44,574 nucleotides of DNA from a bacterium (GTDB lineage Bacteria; Patescibacteriota; Saccharimonadia; Saccharimonadales; UBA4665): NCBI GenBank assembly GCA_021846765.1, contig JAJZWH010000001.1, positions 1 through 44,574 on the forward strand. Reading direction: 5' to 3'. The translations under genes were made by a program, and so were the position numbers. The notes beneath the pieces were generated by a model. The model was given only the letters and a program-made list of their open reading frames with translations. It did not search any database and was not told the origin of the DNA. Shown in pieces: positions 1 to 8,915 of this stretch. Numbering within the stretch: the stretch's first letter is position 1; every line of letters begins with the position of its first letter.

Positions 1-19
1 TGATATAAAATATATTAAA

Positions 20-1540
20 ATGACAACCAATCAACAAATCGGTCAATTAATTGCTCAGATACGTCAAGAAAGAGGTTTAACTCAAAACGAATTTGCTAAA
101 CGTTTGTCTACATCACAATCAGCCGTTAATCGTATGGAGCATGGCAGACAAAATCTTAGCTTAGAAACTTTAGGTAGAATTAGCGAAGTTCTTAATAAAC
201 AATTAATTAGCGTAACAGGAACAGCAGTTAATTTAAGAATTGAAGGCGGTCATGAGCTCAAAGGAGAAATCAAGCTAAAAACCAGCAAAAACGCATCTGT
301 TGGTTTGCTTTGTGCCAGTCTATTAAACAAAGGCACGACAACTATTCACAACATAGCCAAAATCGAAGAAGTCAACAGGATAATAGAAGTTCTAATAAGC
401 ATTGGCGTGCAAATAAAATGGAAAAATGATAATGATTTACAGATCAAAGTCCCCGATATTTTAAATTTATCTAACATTAACCAAGAATCAGCCAAAAAAA
501 CTAGAAGTGTTTTAATGTTTATAGGACCTCTTGTTCATAGATCTAGAGAATTTATTATCCCCTACGCTGGTGGGTGTGATTTAGGAAGAAGAACAATACT
601 GCCTCATCTTTACGCCTTAGAAGAATTTGGCGTTAGTGTTAATACTCAATCAGGACATTATCGGGTTAGTTCTAAATTACAATTACCTAAGAGAAATGTT
701 GTGCTTTACGAATCTGGCGACACTACAACTGAAAATATACTAATGGCAGCCGCATTAACACCCGGAGTTACTACTATTAAAATGGCCAGTGCCAATTATA
801 TGATTCAAGATTTATGTTTTTATTTAGAGAAACTGGGAGTAAAAATTGAAGGTATAGGGACTTCTACTCTAATAGTTTATGGCATTTCAGAAATCAATAA
901 AAATGTCAGTTATTCGCCTAGTGAAGATCCAGTAGAAGCCATGACTTTTATTTCAGCTGCAATTACCACTAATTCATCTATTACCATTAAACGAGCACCT
1001 ATCGAGTTTTTAGAACTAGAACTTTTAAAACTGGAAAAAATGGGTTTAGTATACAAATTGTCAAATAAATATAAAGCAGATAATAATCGAACTGAACTGG
1101 TAGATATATTAATCCACAAACATAATGGACATCTAACTGCTCCTATAGATAAAATCCATCCTAACGTTTTCCCAGGACTAAACATTGATCACTTGCCCTA
1201 TTTTGTTCCTATTGCTGCAGTGGCTCATGGTCGAACCCTAATACACGACTGGGTCTATGAAGACCGAGCTTTAATGTATACAGAAATGAAAAAAATAGGA
1301 GTAAATTTAGAATTAGCCGACCCTCATCGAGTATTTATTACTGGTCCAACGAGATTTAAACCAGCTGATTTAGTCTGTCCAAGCGGCATCAGACCTGCAG
1401 TAATGTTATTGATTGGAATGTTGGCCGCTCCCGGTATATCCGTTCTTAGAAATGTTTATACTATTAATCGTGGCTACGAAGATCTATCTCAAAGACTAAA
1501 TAGTTTGGGAGCTAAAATAACTGTTTTAAACGAAGTATAG
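20..1540 (+). CDS. murA: UDP-N-acetylglucosamine 1-carboxyvinyltransferase (MurA) with N-terminal XRE-family HTH domain
   Basis: N-terminal IRQERGLTQNEFAKRLSTSQSAVNRMEHG is an XRE HTH; MurA motifs SKNA, GGCDLGRR (catalytic Cys), FPG, INRGYEDL. Confidence 0.93.
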   Translation: MTTNQQIGQLIAQIRQERGLTQNEFAKRLSTSQSAVNRMEHGRQNLSLETLGRISEVLNKQLISVTGTAVNLRIEGGHELKGEIKLKTSKNASVGLLCASLLNKGTTTIHNIAKIEEVNRIIEVLISIGVQIKWKNDNDLQIKVPDILNLSNINQESAKKTRSVLMFIGPLVHRSREFIIPYAGGCDLGRRTILPHLYALEEFGVSVNTQSGHYRVSSKLQLPKRNVVLYESGDTTTENILMAAALTPGVTTIKMASANYMIQDLCFYLEKLGVKIEGIGTSTLIVYGISEINKNVSYSPSEDPVEAMTFISAAITTNSSITIKRAPIEFLELELLKLEKMGLVYKLSNKYKADNNRTELVDILIHKHNGHLTAPIDKIHPNVFPGLNIDHLPYFVPIAAVAHGRTLIHDWVYEDRALMYTEMKKIGVNLELADPHRVFITGPTRFKPADLVCPSGIRPAVMLLIGMLAAPGISVLRNVYTINRGYEDLSQRLNSLGAKITVLNEV

Positions 1541-1559
1541 AGTCAAACAGCCAAAATAA

Positions 1560-1568
1560 TGCTATAAT
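1560..1568 (+). promoter_or_regulatory. Extended -10 promoter (TGcTATAAT) for the tRNA-Gly/tRNA-Arg pair
   Basis: tgctataat 18 nt upstream of tRNA-Gly. Confidence 0.6.
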
Positions 1569-1586
1569 CTCCTAGATTTAATGTAT

Positions 1587-1661
1587 GCGGGTGTGGTATA
1601 ACGGCTATTATCCCAACCTTCCAAGTTGGTGACGGGAGTTCGACTCTCCCCACCCGCACCA
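1587..1661 (+). tRNA. tRNA-Gly(TCC)
   Basis: Acceptor gcgggtg/cacccgc, anticodon arm ccaac-cttccaa-gttgg, GTTCGA T-loop, encoded CCA. Confidence 0.96.
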
Positions 1662-1666
1662 TCCAA

Positions 1667-1743
1667 GCCCCGGTAGCTCAGCTGGATAGAGCAGAGGACT
1701 TCTAAGCCTAAGGTCGTTGGTTCGAATCCATCCCGGGGCACCA
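1667..1743 (+). tRNA. tRNA-Arg(TCT), with several stem mismatches
   Basis: Acceptor gccccgg/ccggggc, D-arm gctc...gagc, loop cttctaa, GGTTCGAATCC, CCA; anticodon stem gagga/gccta is imperfect. Confidence 0.88.
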
Positions 1744-1868
1744 ATAATTCGTTAAATGATTTAATTATCTATAATAAAAAAGGTTATATTGCATCTGTTT
1801 TGGTGACTTAATTATTTATTCCAAAAGTATAATTATCCACATATTATGCACAAGACGTTTTAAAATAC

Positions 1869-1897
1869 TTGCATTTGGTTAGAACACTGACTAAAAT
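1869..1897 (+). promoter_or_regulatory. Sigma70-type promoter TTGCAT-17-TAAAAT
   Basis: ttgcat 1869-1874, taaaat 1892-1897, 17-nt spacer, directly upstream of a structured element. Confidence 0.6.
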
Positions 1898-1903
1898 AAC
1901 AAT

Positions 1904-1993
1904 TACCATCGTTGAGGTGGTTATCATCGAAAGATGATAGGTGAAATTAGCAATAATTTCATCAACAAAGTACCCGGCAACGGGTATTTTGTT
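1904..1993 (+). ncRNA. Putative structured small RNA or leader: three-way junction with GNRA tetraloops plus terminator hairpin
   Basis: gttga(1911-1915)/tcaac(1962-1966) closes ttatcatc-GAAA-gatgatag and gtgaaatta-GCAA-taatttcat; followed by a terminator hairpin. Confidence 0.6.
1968..1993 (+). terminator. Intrinsic terminator
   Basis: aagtacccg-GCAA-cgggtattt followed by a T-rich tail (tgtt). Confidence 0.7.
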
Positions 1994-2039
1994 ATTTAAG
2001 ACATTTTATAGATAATTAATACTCCTTTAGAGGATAAAA

Positions 2040-2519
2040 ATGACTGAGTTTAATAATCAAGTCTTTGATTGGATTGATCAAGCGGCCAGTGATACAGAGC
2101 AACAACTAAGAATTGAAACTATTCGTTCTACTATTGGCCAAGTTTTATTGACTAAATACCGAGATCTAACCCAAGAAATAGAGATCGCCAGCGAGGCACT
2201 CATCGATCTCGGATTAATTAATCGACAAGATCGTCAAGAGGATCTTCTTATTACTTCCCGACAATACGATCAAATATGTCAAGAGTTAAGCATTAATAAA
2301 GTTCTTGGATCACGCCTTTGGAGTGCCATGAAACGACAAACCAAAGTCGACAATAGATGGCCAGGCTTATTTGATGATCAAGAAAGATTAAACATTCGTA
2401 AATTATCAATCCTAGTCGAAAGTCAACAATTATATGGTCATAAGATAGGAGTTAAGTCAAGATACGCTGCCCAACTTCTAGTAGATCATCTTTTAGGACT
2501 CCAAGATAGAGATATCTAA
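2040..2519 (+). CDS. Hypothetical protein; C-terminal half weakly resembles an RNA polymerase alpha-CTD/HhH fold
   Basis: 159-aa ORF with SD gagga; segments LGSRLWSAMKRQ and HKIGVKSRYAAQLL. Confidence 0.7.
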   Translation: MTEFNNQVFDWIDQAASDTEQQLRIETIRSTIGQVLLTKYRDLTQEIEIASEALIDLGLINRQDRQEDLLITSRQYDQICQELSINKVLGSRLWSAMKRQTKVDNRWPGLFDDQERLNIRKLSILVESQQLYGHKIGVKSRYAAQLLVDHLLGLQDRDI

Positions 2520-2524
2520 AAAAC

Positions 2525-2553
2525 TTGCTGATTAGTCTTAAATTTCGTATAAT
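2525..2553 (+). promoter_or_regulatory. Promoter TTGCTG-17-TATAAT for tRNA-His
   Basis: ttgctg 2525-2530, tataat 2548-2553. Confidence 0.6.
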
Positions 2554-2580
2554 CACCCCTGTTATAAAGTTCATAAATAT

Positions 2581-2658
2581 GGCGAATGTAGCTCAGTAGG
2601 TTAGAGCGCTGGATTGTGGTCCCGGAGGTCGTGGGTTCGAACCCCATCATTCGCCCCA
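2581..2658 (+). tRNA. tRNA-His(GTG)
   Basis: G-1 then gcgaatg/cattcgc acceptor, loop ttgtggt, GGTTCGAACCC, C73 + CCA. Confidence 0.95.
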
Positions 2659-2698
2659 TCATACATTAATAAATAATAAGGAAAAGAGAATCCTGACA

Positions 2699-4546
2699 TT
2701 GAAAATTAAAAAAATATTTAATTATGCGAAAACTTATAAACTATTAGTGTTAGCCTTTCTGGCATTAATAGTCGGCCTAATTTTTTATTTCACTAACCAC
2801 CAAACCATTTCTGAATGGATTATGGGTACCGTTGCCATACTCGAATCGCTGCCCCTAGTGAAATCAATGTGGGAGGATATCCGTAGTGGTGCTTATGGAA
2901 TTGATATACTTGCACTAACGGCCATAATTACTGCTGTCATTTTACGCCAAGACATTGCCGCAATCATTATAGTTATTATGCTAACTGGTGGTGAAAGTTT
3001 AGAAGATTATGCCGAGAAAAGAGCCAATAGCGAACTAGATGCCCTACTTAAAGGATCGCCTCAACAGGCTCATGTAATTAGGGGCAGAAAAACTCTAGAT
3101 ATTAAGGCTTCAGAGGTAAAAGTTGGCGATAAAATTATTATTAAGCCTGGAGAAACCGTGCCTGTCGACGCTCTGATAATCGAAGGAGAAAGTAGTTTTA
3201 ACGAAGCAAGCTTAACTGGAGAAAGCTTACCAGTCATGCATTCGGTTAATGATCAAATTTTAAGTGGCTCACTAAATAGTGATCGATTGGTTACAGCTAA
3301 AGCTATTCACACGGCAGAAGACAGCCAATACCAACAAATAGTCAGACTAGTACAAAACGCAGCTAAGTCACAAGCGCCTTTCGTTAGATTAGCAGATCGT
3401 TATAGCGTGCCTTTCACTATTGCAGCCTATATTATAGCCATTAGTGTTTGGTTAGTTAGCCATCAAGCAATACGCTTCTTAGAAGTAATAGTAGTAGCTA
3501 CACCCTGCCCTCTATTACTAGCTGCACCTATTGCTCTGATATCCGGCATGAGTAGATCTAGTAGGTATGGTATTGTTGTCAAAACTGGTTCAGCGCTGGA
3601 AAAATTAGCTGAGGCTAAAACTATTATTTTTGATAAAACCGGAACACTAACAACTGGTATCTTAAGTCTTGATAGTATAAAAGCTATTGCACCCTATACT
3701 AAAGATGAAGTATTGGCACTAGCCGCTAGCGTTGAACAAAACTCTAACCATGTCATAGCTCAAGCAATAGTCAAAGCTGCTAATAACAAAAATATTAAAA
3801 TAACTAAAGTTAAACTAGTCAAAGAAATATCTGGCCAAGGATTAAGAGCTACCTATAAAGGAGATCAACTTATTTTAGGTAGAGGTGATTTTATGGCAAA
3901 ACAAGGAATAGAATTGCCCAAAAAAATTAAGAATCAACAGCAAACCATAGTATATATTGCCATTAACAATAGTTTAGCCGGAATAATTTATTTAAGTGAC
4001 AGTTTAAGACCAGAAGCCAAAAGTACTATTCAAAAAATACTTAAATTGGGCATTAAACGAACAGTTATGATAACCGGAGACAATAAAAGCACAGCCGAAA
4101 ATATAGCAAAAGATGTCGGCATTAAAACAGTCTATGCCGAAACTTTGCCAGGTGAAAAACTCCATGCCTTAGATGACATTAGCCAACGTCCAATTATATT
4201 TGTAGGTGATGGAGTCAACGATGCTCCAGTATTAACTGGTTCTGATGTAGGTATTGCTCTAGGCGCAAGAGGTTCAACTGCAGCTAGCGAATCAGCAGAT
4301 CTAGTTATTATGACTGATGATTTAAGTAAGGTTGCAACAGCCTTAGAAATAGCCAAAAAAACCTTTTCGATAGCCAGACAAAGTATTCTATTTGGTATTG
4401 GCCTGAGCTTAATATTGATGATTATTTTTGCAACTGGTAAGTTTAAACCAATCTATGGAGCCTTACTACAAGAAGTGGTAGACGTTGTGGTTATCTTTAA
4501 CGCACTAAGAGCACACAGCATTAAAGTTACCAATGAGACAAAATAA
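2699..4546 (+). CDS. Heavy-metal-translocating P1B-type ATPase (P1B-5-like), no N-terminal metal-binding domain
   Basis: LTGES, TPCP transmembrane motif, DKTGT phosphorylation site, GDGVND, QEVVD in last TM. Confidence 0.92.
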   Translation: MKIKKIFNYAKTYKLLVLAFLALIVGLIFYFTNHQTISEWIMGTVAILESLPLVKSMWEDIRSGAYGIDILALTAIITAVILRQDIAAIIIVIMLTGGESLEDYAEKRANSELDALLKGSPQQAHVIRGRKTLDIKASEVKVGDKIIIKPGETVPVDALIIEGESSFNEASLTGESLPVMHSVNDQILSGSLNSDRLVTAKAIHTAEDSQYQQIVRLVQNAAKSQAPFVRLADRYSVPFTIAAYIIAISVWLVSHQAIRFLEVIVVATPCPLLLAAPIALISGMSRSSRYGIVVKTGSALEKLAEAKTIIFDKTGTLTTGILSLDSIKAIAPYTKDEVLALAASVEQNSNHVIAQAIVKAANNKNIKITKVKLVKEISGQGLRATYKGDQLILGRGDFMAKQGIELPKKIKNQQQTIVYIAINNSLAGIIYLSDSLRPEAKSTIQKILKLGIKRTVMITGDNKSTAENIAKDVGIKTVYAETLPGEKLHALDDISQRPIIFVGDGVNDAPVLTGSDVGIALGARGSTAASESADLVIMTDDLSKVATALEIAKKTFSIARQSILFGIGLSLILMIIFATGKFKPIYGALLQEVVDVVVIFNALRAHSIKVTNETK

Positions 4547-5153
4547 GAGTTACAGCTATGGGAATAAGTAAGTTATCTAATCCGTAGACTGAAAAATTCT
4601 CTACAGCGGTAGCTGCTAAAGCAGTTAATAAAATCAATACTACGCTCAACCCAAGATTGACCAATGAACTAACGATTATCAATATCAATAATGAAGTTAT
4701 TAAGAACGTCGCACTACCCACTAAACTTTTAGCCGCTCCAAAGACTTTATACATGGTGCTTTTACCAAAACGCACTCCAAAAATCGCGGCTAAACCGTCG
4801 GCAAGACTCATCTGCAATAAAGCTACGGCATAGATCCAATCATTTTTAGTAATAAAAGTTATGCCCCCAACAGCCAAAGCAAAACAAACTTCACCCACGC
4901 TAAATCTTTCTATTTCATGAATTGAGGCAAAAATATTTAAGCCTTTAGATATCAACACCACTAGTAAAAAAGCTAAACTAATTATTCTAATCCAATCCCA
5001 ACTAATATACAGTGGCCAAAAAGCCACAAAACTACCAACGAAGATATGAATTATTTTCCTAGACAACTCAGACTGGGAAGCTTTATTGCGCCAATGATGC
5101 TCATTAGCAAACAGAACAAGTCCGACAATAAGAACACTTAGAATAATATACAT
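4527..5153 (-). CDS. Phytol/dolichol kinase-like membrane protein (CTP-transferase family)
   Basis: RKIIHI, ADGLAAIFGVRFG, KSLVGS, DNLLIP motifs; multiple TM helices. Confidence 0.8.
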   Translation of the reverse strand: MYIILSVLIVGLVLFANEHHWRNKASQSELSRKIIHIFVGSFVAFWPLYISWDWIRIISLAFLLVVLISKGLNIFASIHEIERFSVGEVCFALAVGGITFITKNDWIYAVALLQMSLADGLAAIFGVRFGKSTMYKVFGAAKSLVGSATFLITSLLILIIVSSLVNLGLSVVLILLTALAATAVENFSVYGLDNLLIPIAVTLILSHW

Positions 5154-5203
5154 TATTACAACCTAGCATAGCACCAAAAAAGACTAAGCGCAGACTTTAC
5201 CAA

Positions 5204-6091
5204 TTAAAGGCCCCTACGTTTGGAAGCACGTTTAACTCGGCGTCTGCGTTTAGCCATAGACTCTGGTGTTGTTTGTTTAGTGGATATCTGTTGAATACCA
5301 TGCAAACTAGGTAGCACTTCTTTCTCGACACATTTTGAATGTAGGTGATGATGATCATATTTATTTTTGGGTTTTACTAAACTTAAAATAATATGCTCAC
5401 TGCCTATACTTATATTTTCTCGACAACAAAAACAACTATAAAGTTTACGAGCAATACCATGAGACAGATAAGCCCAGTCTCCGTCTTTAAAACGACCACA
5501 AAGCGAGAACTGTCGGGAAGGTAGCTGGTATTCTGTTGGTATATTTCCAATCAATGTTTGCTGATCTTTAGTTAAATTATCACTGCCAATAACTCCAAAA
5601 GAAAAAATAAGTTTTCCGGTTTCTTTTGCAGCTATTTCTGAAAAACCAGATCTTTTTAAAACAGAAACTGCTGCAGTGTTATCACTAACAACTTGAGCAT
5701 ATAAGGCACTGAAATCTTTGGCAAGATAATTACTTAATCCCCTAGTTGCTAAGGTTGCATAGCCATTACCTCTAAACTCTTCAGCTAGCCAAAATTTAAT
5801 TTCTGCTGAACCCTCATCATCTGGGGTCAGAACTATATTTCCAACTAGCTCTTCTTTATTCCATATGCTAAAAAGAGCTGGGTGATTATCTCTTTCTGGT
5901 ACTTTTCCCGTCGATCTTTTAGTCTGACCTTGAGAAATTAATGAATTTAGGTATTCGTTTTGCTGACTTTCTGGATATTCAAGATAAACAGTATCCTGAA
6001 AATCAAATATTTCGGGTTTTAGAACTAAATCTAATCGAGCAGTTCTAATTTTCTTTGGGAAAACATCTAATTCACCTAAATCCATAGACAT
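5204..6091 (-). CDS. RimJ/RimL-type GNAT acetyltransferase fused to a C-terminal CxxC...HxxC zinc-finger-like domain
   Basis: IRTARLDL, EIKFWLAEEFRGNGYAT, NTAAVSVLKRSGF; C-terminal CFCC...HLHSKC and basic tail. Confidence 0.75.
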   Translation of the reverse strand: MSMDLGELDVFPKKIRTARLDLVLKPEIFDFQDTVYLEYPESQQNEYLNSLISQGQTKRSTGKVPERDNHPALFSIWNKEELVGNIVLTPDDEGSAEIKFWLAEEFRGNGYATLATRGLSNYLAKDFSALYAQVVSDNTAAVSVLKRSGFSEIAAKETGKLIFSFGVIGSDNLTKDQQTLIGNIPTEYQLPSRQFSLCGRFKDGDWAYLSHGIARKLYSCFCCRENISIGSEHIILSLVKPKNKYDHHHLHSKCVEKEVLPSLHGIQQISTKQTTPESMAKRRRRVKRASKRRGL

Positions 6092-6165
6092 AATTTTAAA
6101 TTATTAAAAGACTATACAACTATTCTATTATATAAGCAAATCTTTACCCCTGAAATTAGGCATAC

Positions 6166-6242
6166 TGGTCGGGGTGATCCGATTTGAACGGACGACCTCA
6201 GCGTCCCGAACGCTGCGCGCTACCAAGCTGCGCCACACCCCG
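6166..6242 (-). tRNA. tRNA-Pro(CGG)
   Basis: Reverse complement cggggtgtggcgcagc...cagcg-ttcggga-cgctg...caccccgacca. Confidence 0.95.
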
Positions 6243-6281
6243 TAAGTAATATTAACTTTTCCAGTATAACATCGGAAAAAT

Positions 6282-7037
6282 TTAATCAGCTTCTTTGGCC
6301 ATAAAATTTTTAATACTTTGAACTGAATCCATAAACTGAGCTGGAAATATAATAGTATTGCTTTTATCCGAAGATATCTCAGACAACACCTGAAGATTCC
6401 TCAATTGAAGAGCAATAGGATGTTTAGCAATAACGTCAGCAGCTTCTCCAAGCTTCTTAGCGCTGAGCGCCTCGCCTTCTGCGGCAATAATTTTAGCTCT
6501 TTTTTCTCTCTCAGCTTGAGCAGCTGCCGCCATAGCCCTTTGCATATTTTCCGGTAATTGAATATCTTTCAGTTCTACGGCGCTTACATATATACCCCAA
6601 TTATGTGTAACTTTATCTAGTATTTCCTTAATTGCATTATTAATTCTGCTCGTTTCGCTCAACACCTCATCCAGTAAACTTTGGCCAACTACATTCCTAA
6701 CTGTAGTCTGAGCAATTTGATAAGTTGCATCCATTGCATTCTCGATTGCTATAATTGATTTCGCTGGATCCTGTACCTGATAATAGGCAACTGCTGAAAC
6801 ATCGATGGAAACGTTATCTTTAGTTATAATTCTCTGAGGATCTACTGGTAGAGTAACTATTCTCAAGCTAACTATTCTCAATCGATCTATAAAAGGAATA
6901 ATCAGACACAGTCCGGGAGTTTTTATATTACTTTGCGCTCTGCCTAATCTAAAAACCACACCTCTTTGGTACTGATTAAGTATGCGTACACTGAGAACTA
7001 GCAAAATGACTACTATGATTATTAAGACGTAAACCAC
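6282..7037 (-). CDS. SPFH/stomatin (slipin) family membrane protein
   Basis: [50 protein letters not shown]. Confidence 0.93.
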   Translation of the reverse strand: MVYVLIIIVVILLVLSVRILNQYQRGVVFRLGRAQSNIKTPGLCLIIPFIDRLRIVSLRIVTLPVDPQRIITKDNVSIDVSAVAYYQVQDPAKSIIAIENAMDATYQIAQTTVRNVVGQSLLDEVLSETSRINNAIKEILDKVTHNWGIYVSAVELKDIQLPENMQRAMAAAAQAEREKRAKIIAAEGEALSAKKLGEAADVIAKHPIALQLRNLQVLSEISSDKSNTIIFPAQFMDSVQSIKNFMAKEAD

Positions 7038-7137
7038 ACTGCCCCTTTAATACGTATTATAAACCATTTACTCAAATATTAGTGCAATTACTAAAAATTT
7101 ATTGTCTAAATAAAAATGTTAGCTCAATAGATATTTA

Positions 7138-7770
7138 TCAACATTCTTTTAAAACTCTATTAAAGATGATGTCTATTTCAGCAAATTCTGGATGTTCTAA
7201 ATCTAATTGAGCTGCCTCTTCTTGGAAGCATAATGAATCTACAGTCACTACATGAGCTAATCCAGCGCCCACCGTGGCTAACTGAAGTGTTGCTGGTTCA
7301 TCCGCTTCAATAGCTTGTGCTACTTCTTTCAAAAGAAAGCAAAATGATCCAGCTTCATCGTTTATTCTTTCATACATAGTCCACATAAATCTATTTTGAT
7401 CTTCATTAGCTATCTTAGTAACTACCTTAGGTTCGCAAGGAATTTCAGTTAATGGATATTCTTCTTTTAAAACACCTAGATATAGTAGAGCTCCGTTACG
7501 AAAAACTTTTTTTCCTTGAACAGAATCTATGTCCACTAAATCAGCACATGCTGCTGAGGCTATTGTCAGCAAAATACTAAAAGGATTATTCTCCATTAAA
7601 GGCTCAGCCGAATAACGAAAAAAATCATTGAGCTGATTGGGCTTATTGAATGGCGGACCACCGCATAGTTCAGTAATATATTTTATATCCTCTGCAACAA
7701 GCTGGCGATCTGGAAACCAACCTCTTAAACTACTCATAACTACAACTTCTACTAAAGTTTTTATATTCAA
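7138..7770 (-). CDS. Hypothetical protein
   Basis: 210-aa ORF filling the space between the SPFH gene and tRNA-Pro; no motif recognised; start uncertain. Confidence 0.6.
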   Translation of the reverse strand: MNIKTLVEVVVMSSLRGWFPDRQLVAEDIKYITELCGGPPFNKPNQLNDFFRYSAEPLMENNPFSILLTIASAACADLVDIDSVQGKKVFRNGALLYLGVLKEEYPLTEIPCEPKVVTKIANEDQNRFMWTMYERINDEAGSFCFLLKEVAQAIEADEPATLQLATVGAGLAHVVTVDSLCFQEEAAQLDLEHPEFAEIDIIFNRVLKEC

Positions 7771-7974
7771 CCATTTTTTTAATTCTCGATAGCTTAAATT
7801 GTAAACCCTAGGAGTATAAAAAGTCTAACAATATTAATATTTAATTCGACTTTTTTACAAATTTTCTATTGTATATTGCTCACATCAAAATGAAGTTCGA
7901 GCTTTTCTACTTTTCCTTTTAGGTATGCTTTTAAACCGTACTTTTTAACCAGATATATCATAGCGTCTAATTGT

Positions 7975-8051
7975 TGGTCGGGGATAGAGGACTCGAACCT
8001 CCGACCTCCGCGTCCCAAACGCGGCGCGCTAGCCAACTGCGCCAATCCCCG
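7975..8051 (-). tRNA. tRNA-Pro(TGG)
   Basis: Reverse complement cggggattggcgcag...ccgcg-tttggga-cgcgg...atccccgacca. Confidence 0.95.
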
Positions 8052-8102
8052 TTAAATATATCAGGGGTAGTATACCCTAAAGTAGAGTTAATTGACTAGT
8101 AT

Positions 8103-8915
8103 TTAATCAAAAATAAGATTTAAAGGTATGGCCGACAGAGCCTTGCCTGTATCTATGTCTACTTCAAAAATAAGTCCATTAAATTGCCAAGGCTTGTTCT
8201 GTTCTAAACTATTAGTATTAACTACGCCATCTCGCCATCTTTGAACGATTAAGGAGGTTTTAACGCCTAGACTAGAATTCAAAGCACCGACCATGCCAAC
8301 ATCGGTAATATGTGCTGTACCCTGAGACAATATTCGAGCATCTGCTGTAGGTACATGCCAATGATCGCCAATCACGGCACTGACTCGACCATTTAAGTAC
8401 TGACCAATGACTACCTTTTCGCTACTGTAATCTCCGTGAAAATTCACTACAGTTGCTATTTTTGGAATATCATTTTGTTCATCCAATATGCCATCAATAA
8501 TTTTTAACGGATTTTCTAATTTAGCGTTACTGTCACGACCAACCGTTTTACCTAGCAAGCTAACCACTAATACATTCCCTAGTACAGAATTAATATATTT
8601 CCAGCCCAATCCTGGAGTGCCTGAGGGATAATTAGCCGGACGGATAATAGGTTGTTTAGGATCACTCAATTGGGGCCATATTTCTTTTTGCCATAACGAC
8701 CAATTGCCACCTGTACAGAAATCTACTCCTGCCTTTTTTAATCTATTATAGTCATCTAATTTACATCCCCGACCATCGGAAACATTCTCTGCCTGAGCTA
8801 TGACAAAGTCTATTTCGTGAGTCTTTTTTATTGTCCTAAGCTGACTTTCTATTAAAGACAGGCCAGGGTCTCCCATAATGTCACCGATATATAAAAATCT
8901 AGCTCTATTTTGCAA
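8103..8915 (-). CDS. ymdB: YmdB-family metallophosphoesterase
   Basis: GDIMG, AENVSDGRG, IRPANYP, NFHGDYSSEK, GDHWHVPTAD, TDVGMVG; follows rny. Confidence 0.9.
   Translation of the reverse strand: MQNRARFLYIGDIMGDPGLSLIESQLRTIKKTHEIDFVIAQAENVSDGRGCKLDDYNRLKKAGVDFCTGGNWSLWQKEIWPQLSDPKQPIIRPANYPSGTPGLGWKYINSVLGNVLVVSLLGKTVGRDSNAKLENPLKIIDGILDEQNDIPKIATVVNFHGDYSSEKVVIGQYLNGRVSAVIGDHWHVPTADARILSQGTAHITDVGMVGALNSSLGVKTSLIVQRWRDGVVNTNSLEQNKPWQFNGLIFEVDIDTGKALSAIPLNLIFD

Noticed and set aside
1562..1744. 60-aa minus-strand ORF MVPRDGFEPTT...
   Set aside because: Antisense shadow of tRNA-Gly and tRNA-Arg.
1904..1966. Hammerhead ribozyme or c-di-GMP riboswitch identity for the structured RNA
   Set aside because: No CUGAnGA core and no recognisable GEMM consensus; left unassigned.
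5204..7974. Islands integrated at the two tRNA-Pro genes
   Set aside because: Accessory-looking genes follow them, but I found no duplicated tRNA 3' ends or integrase remnants.
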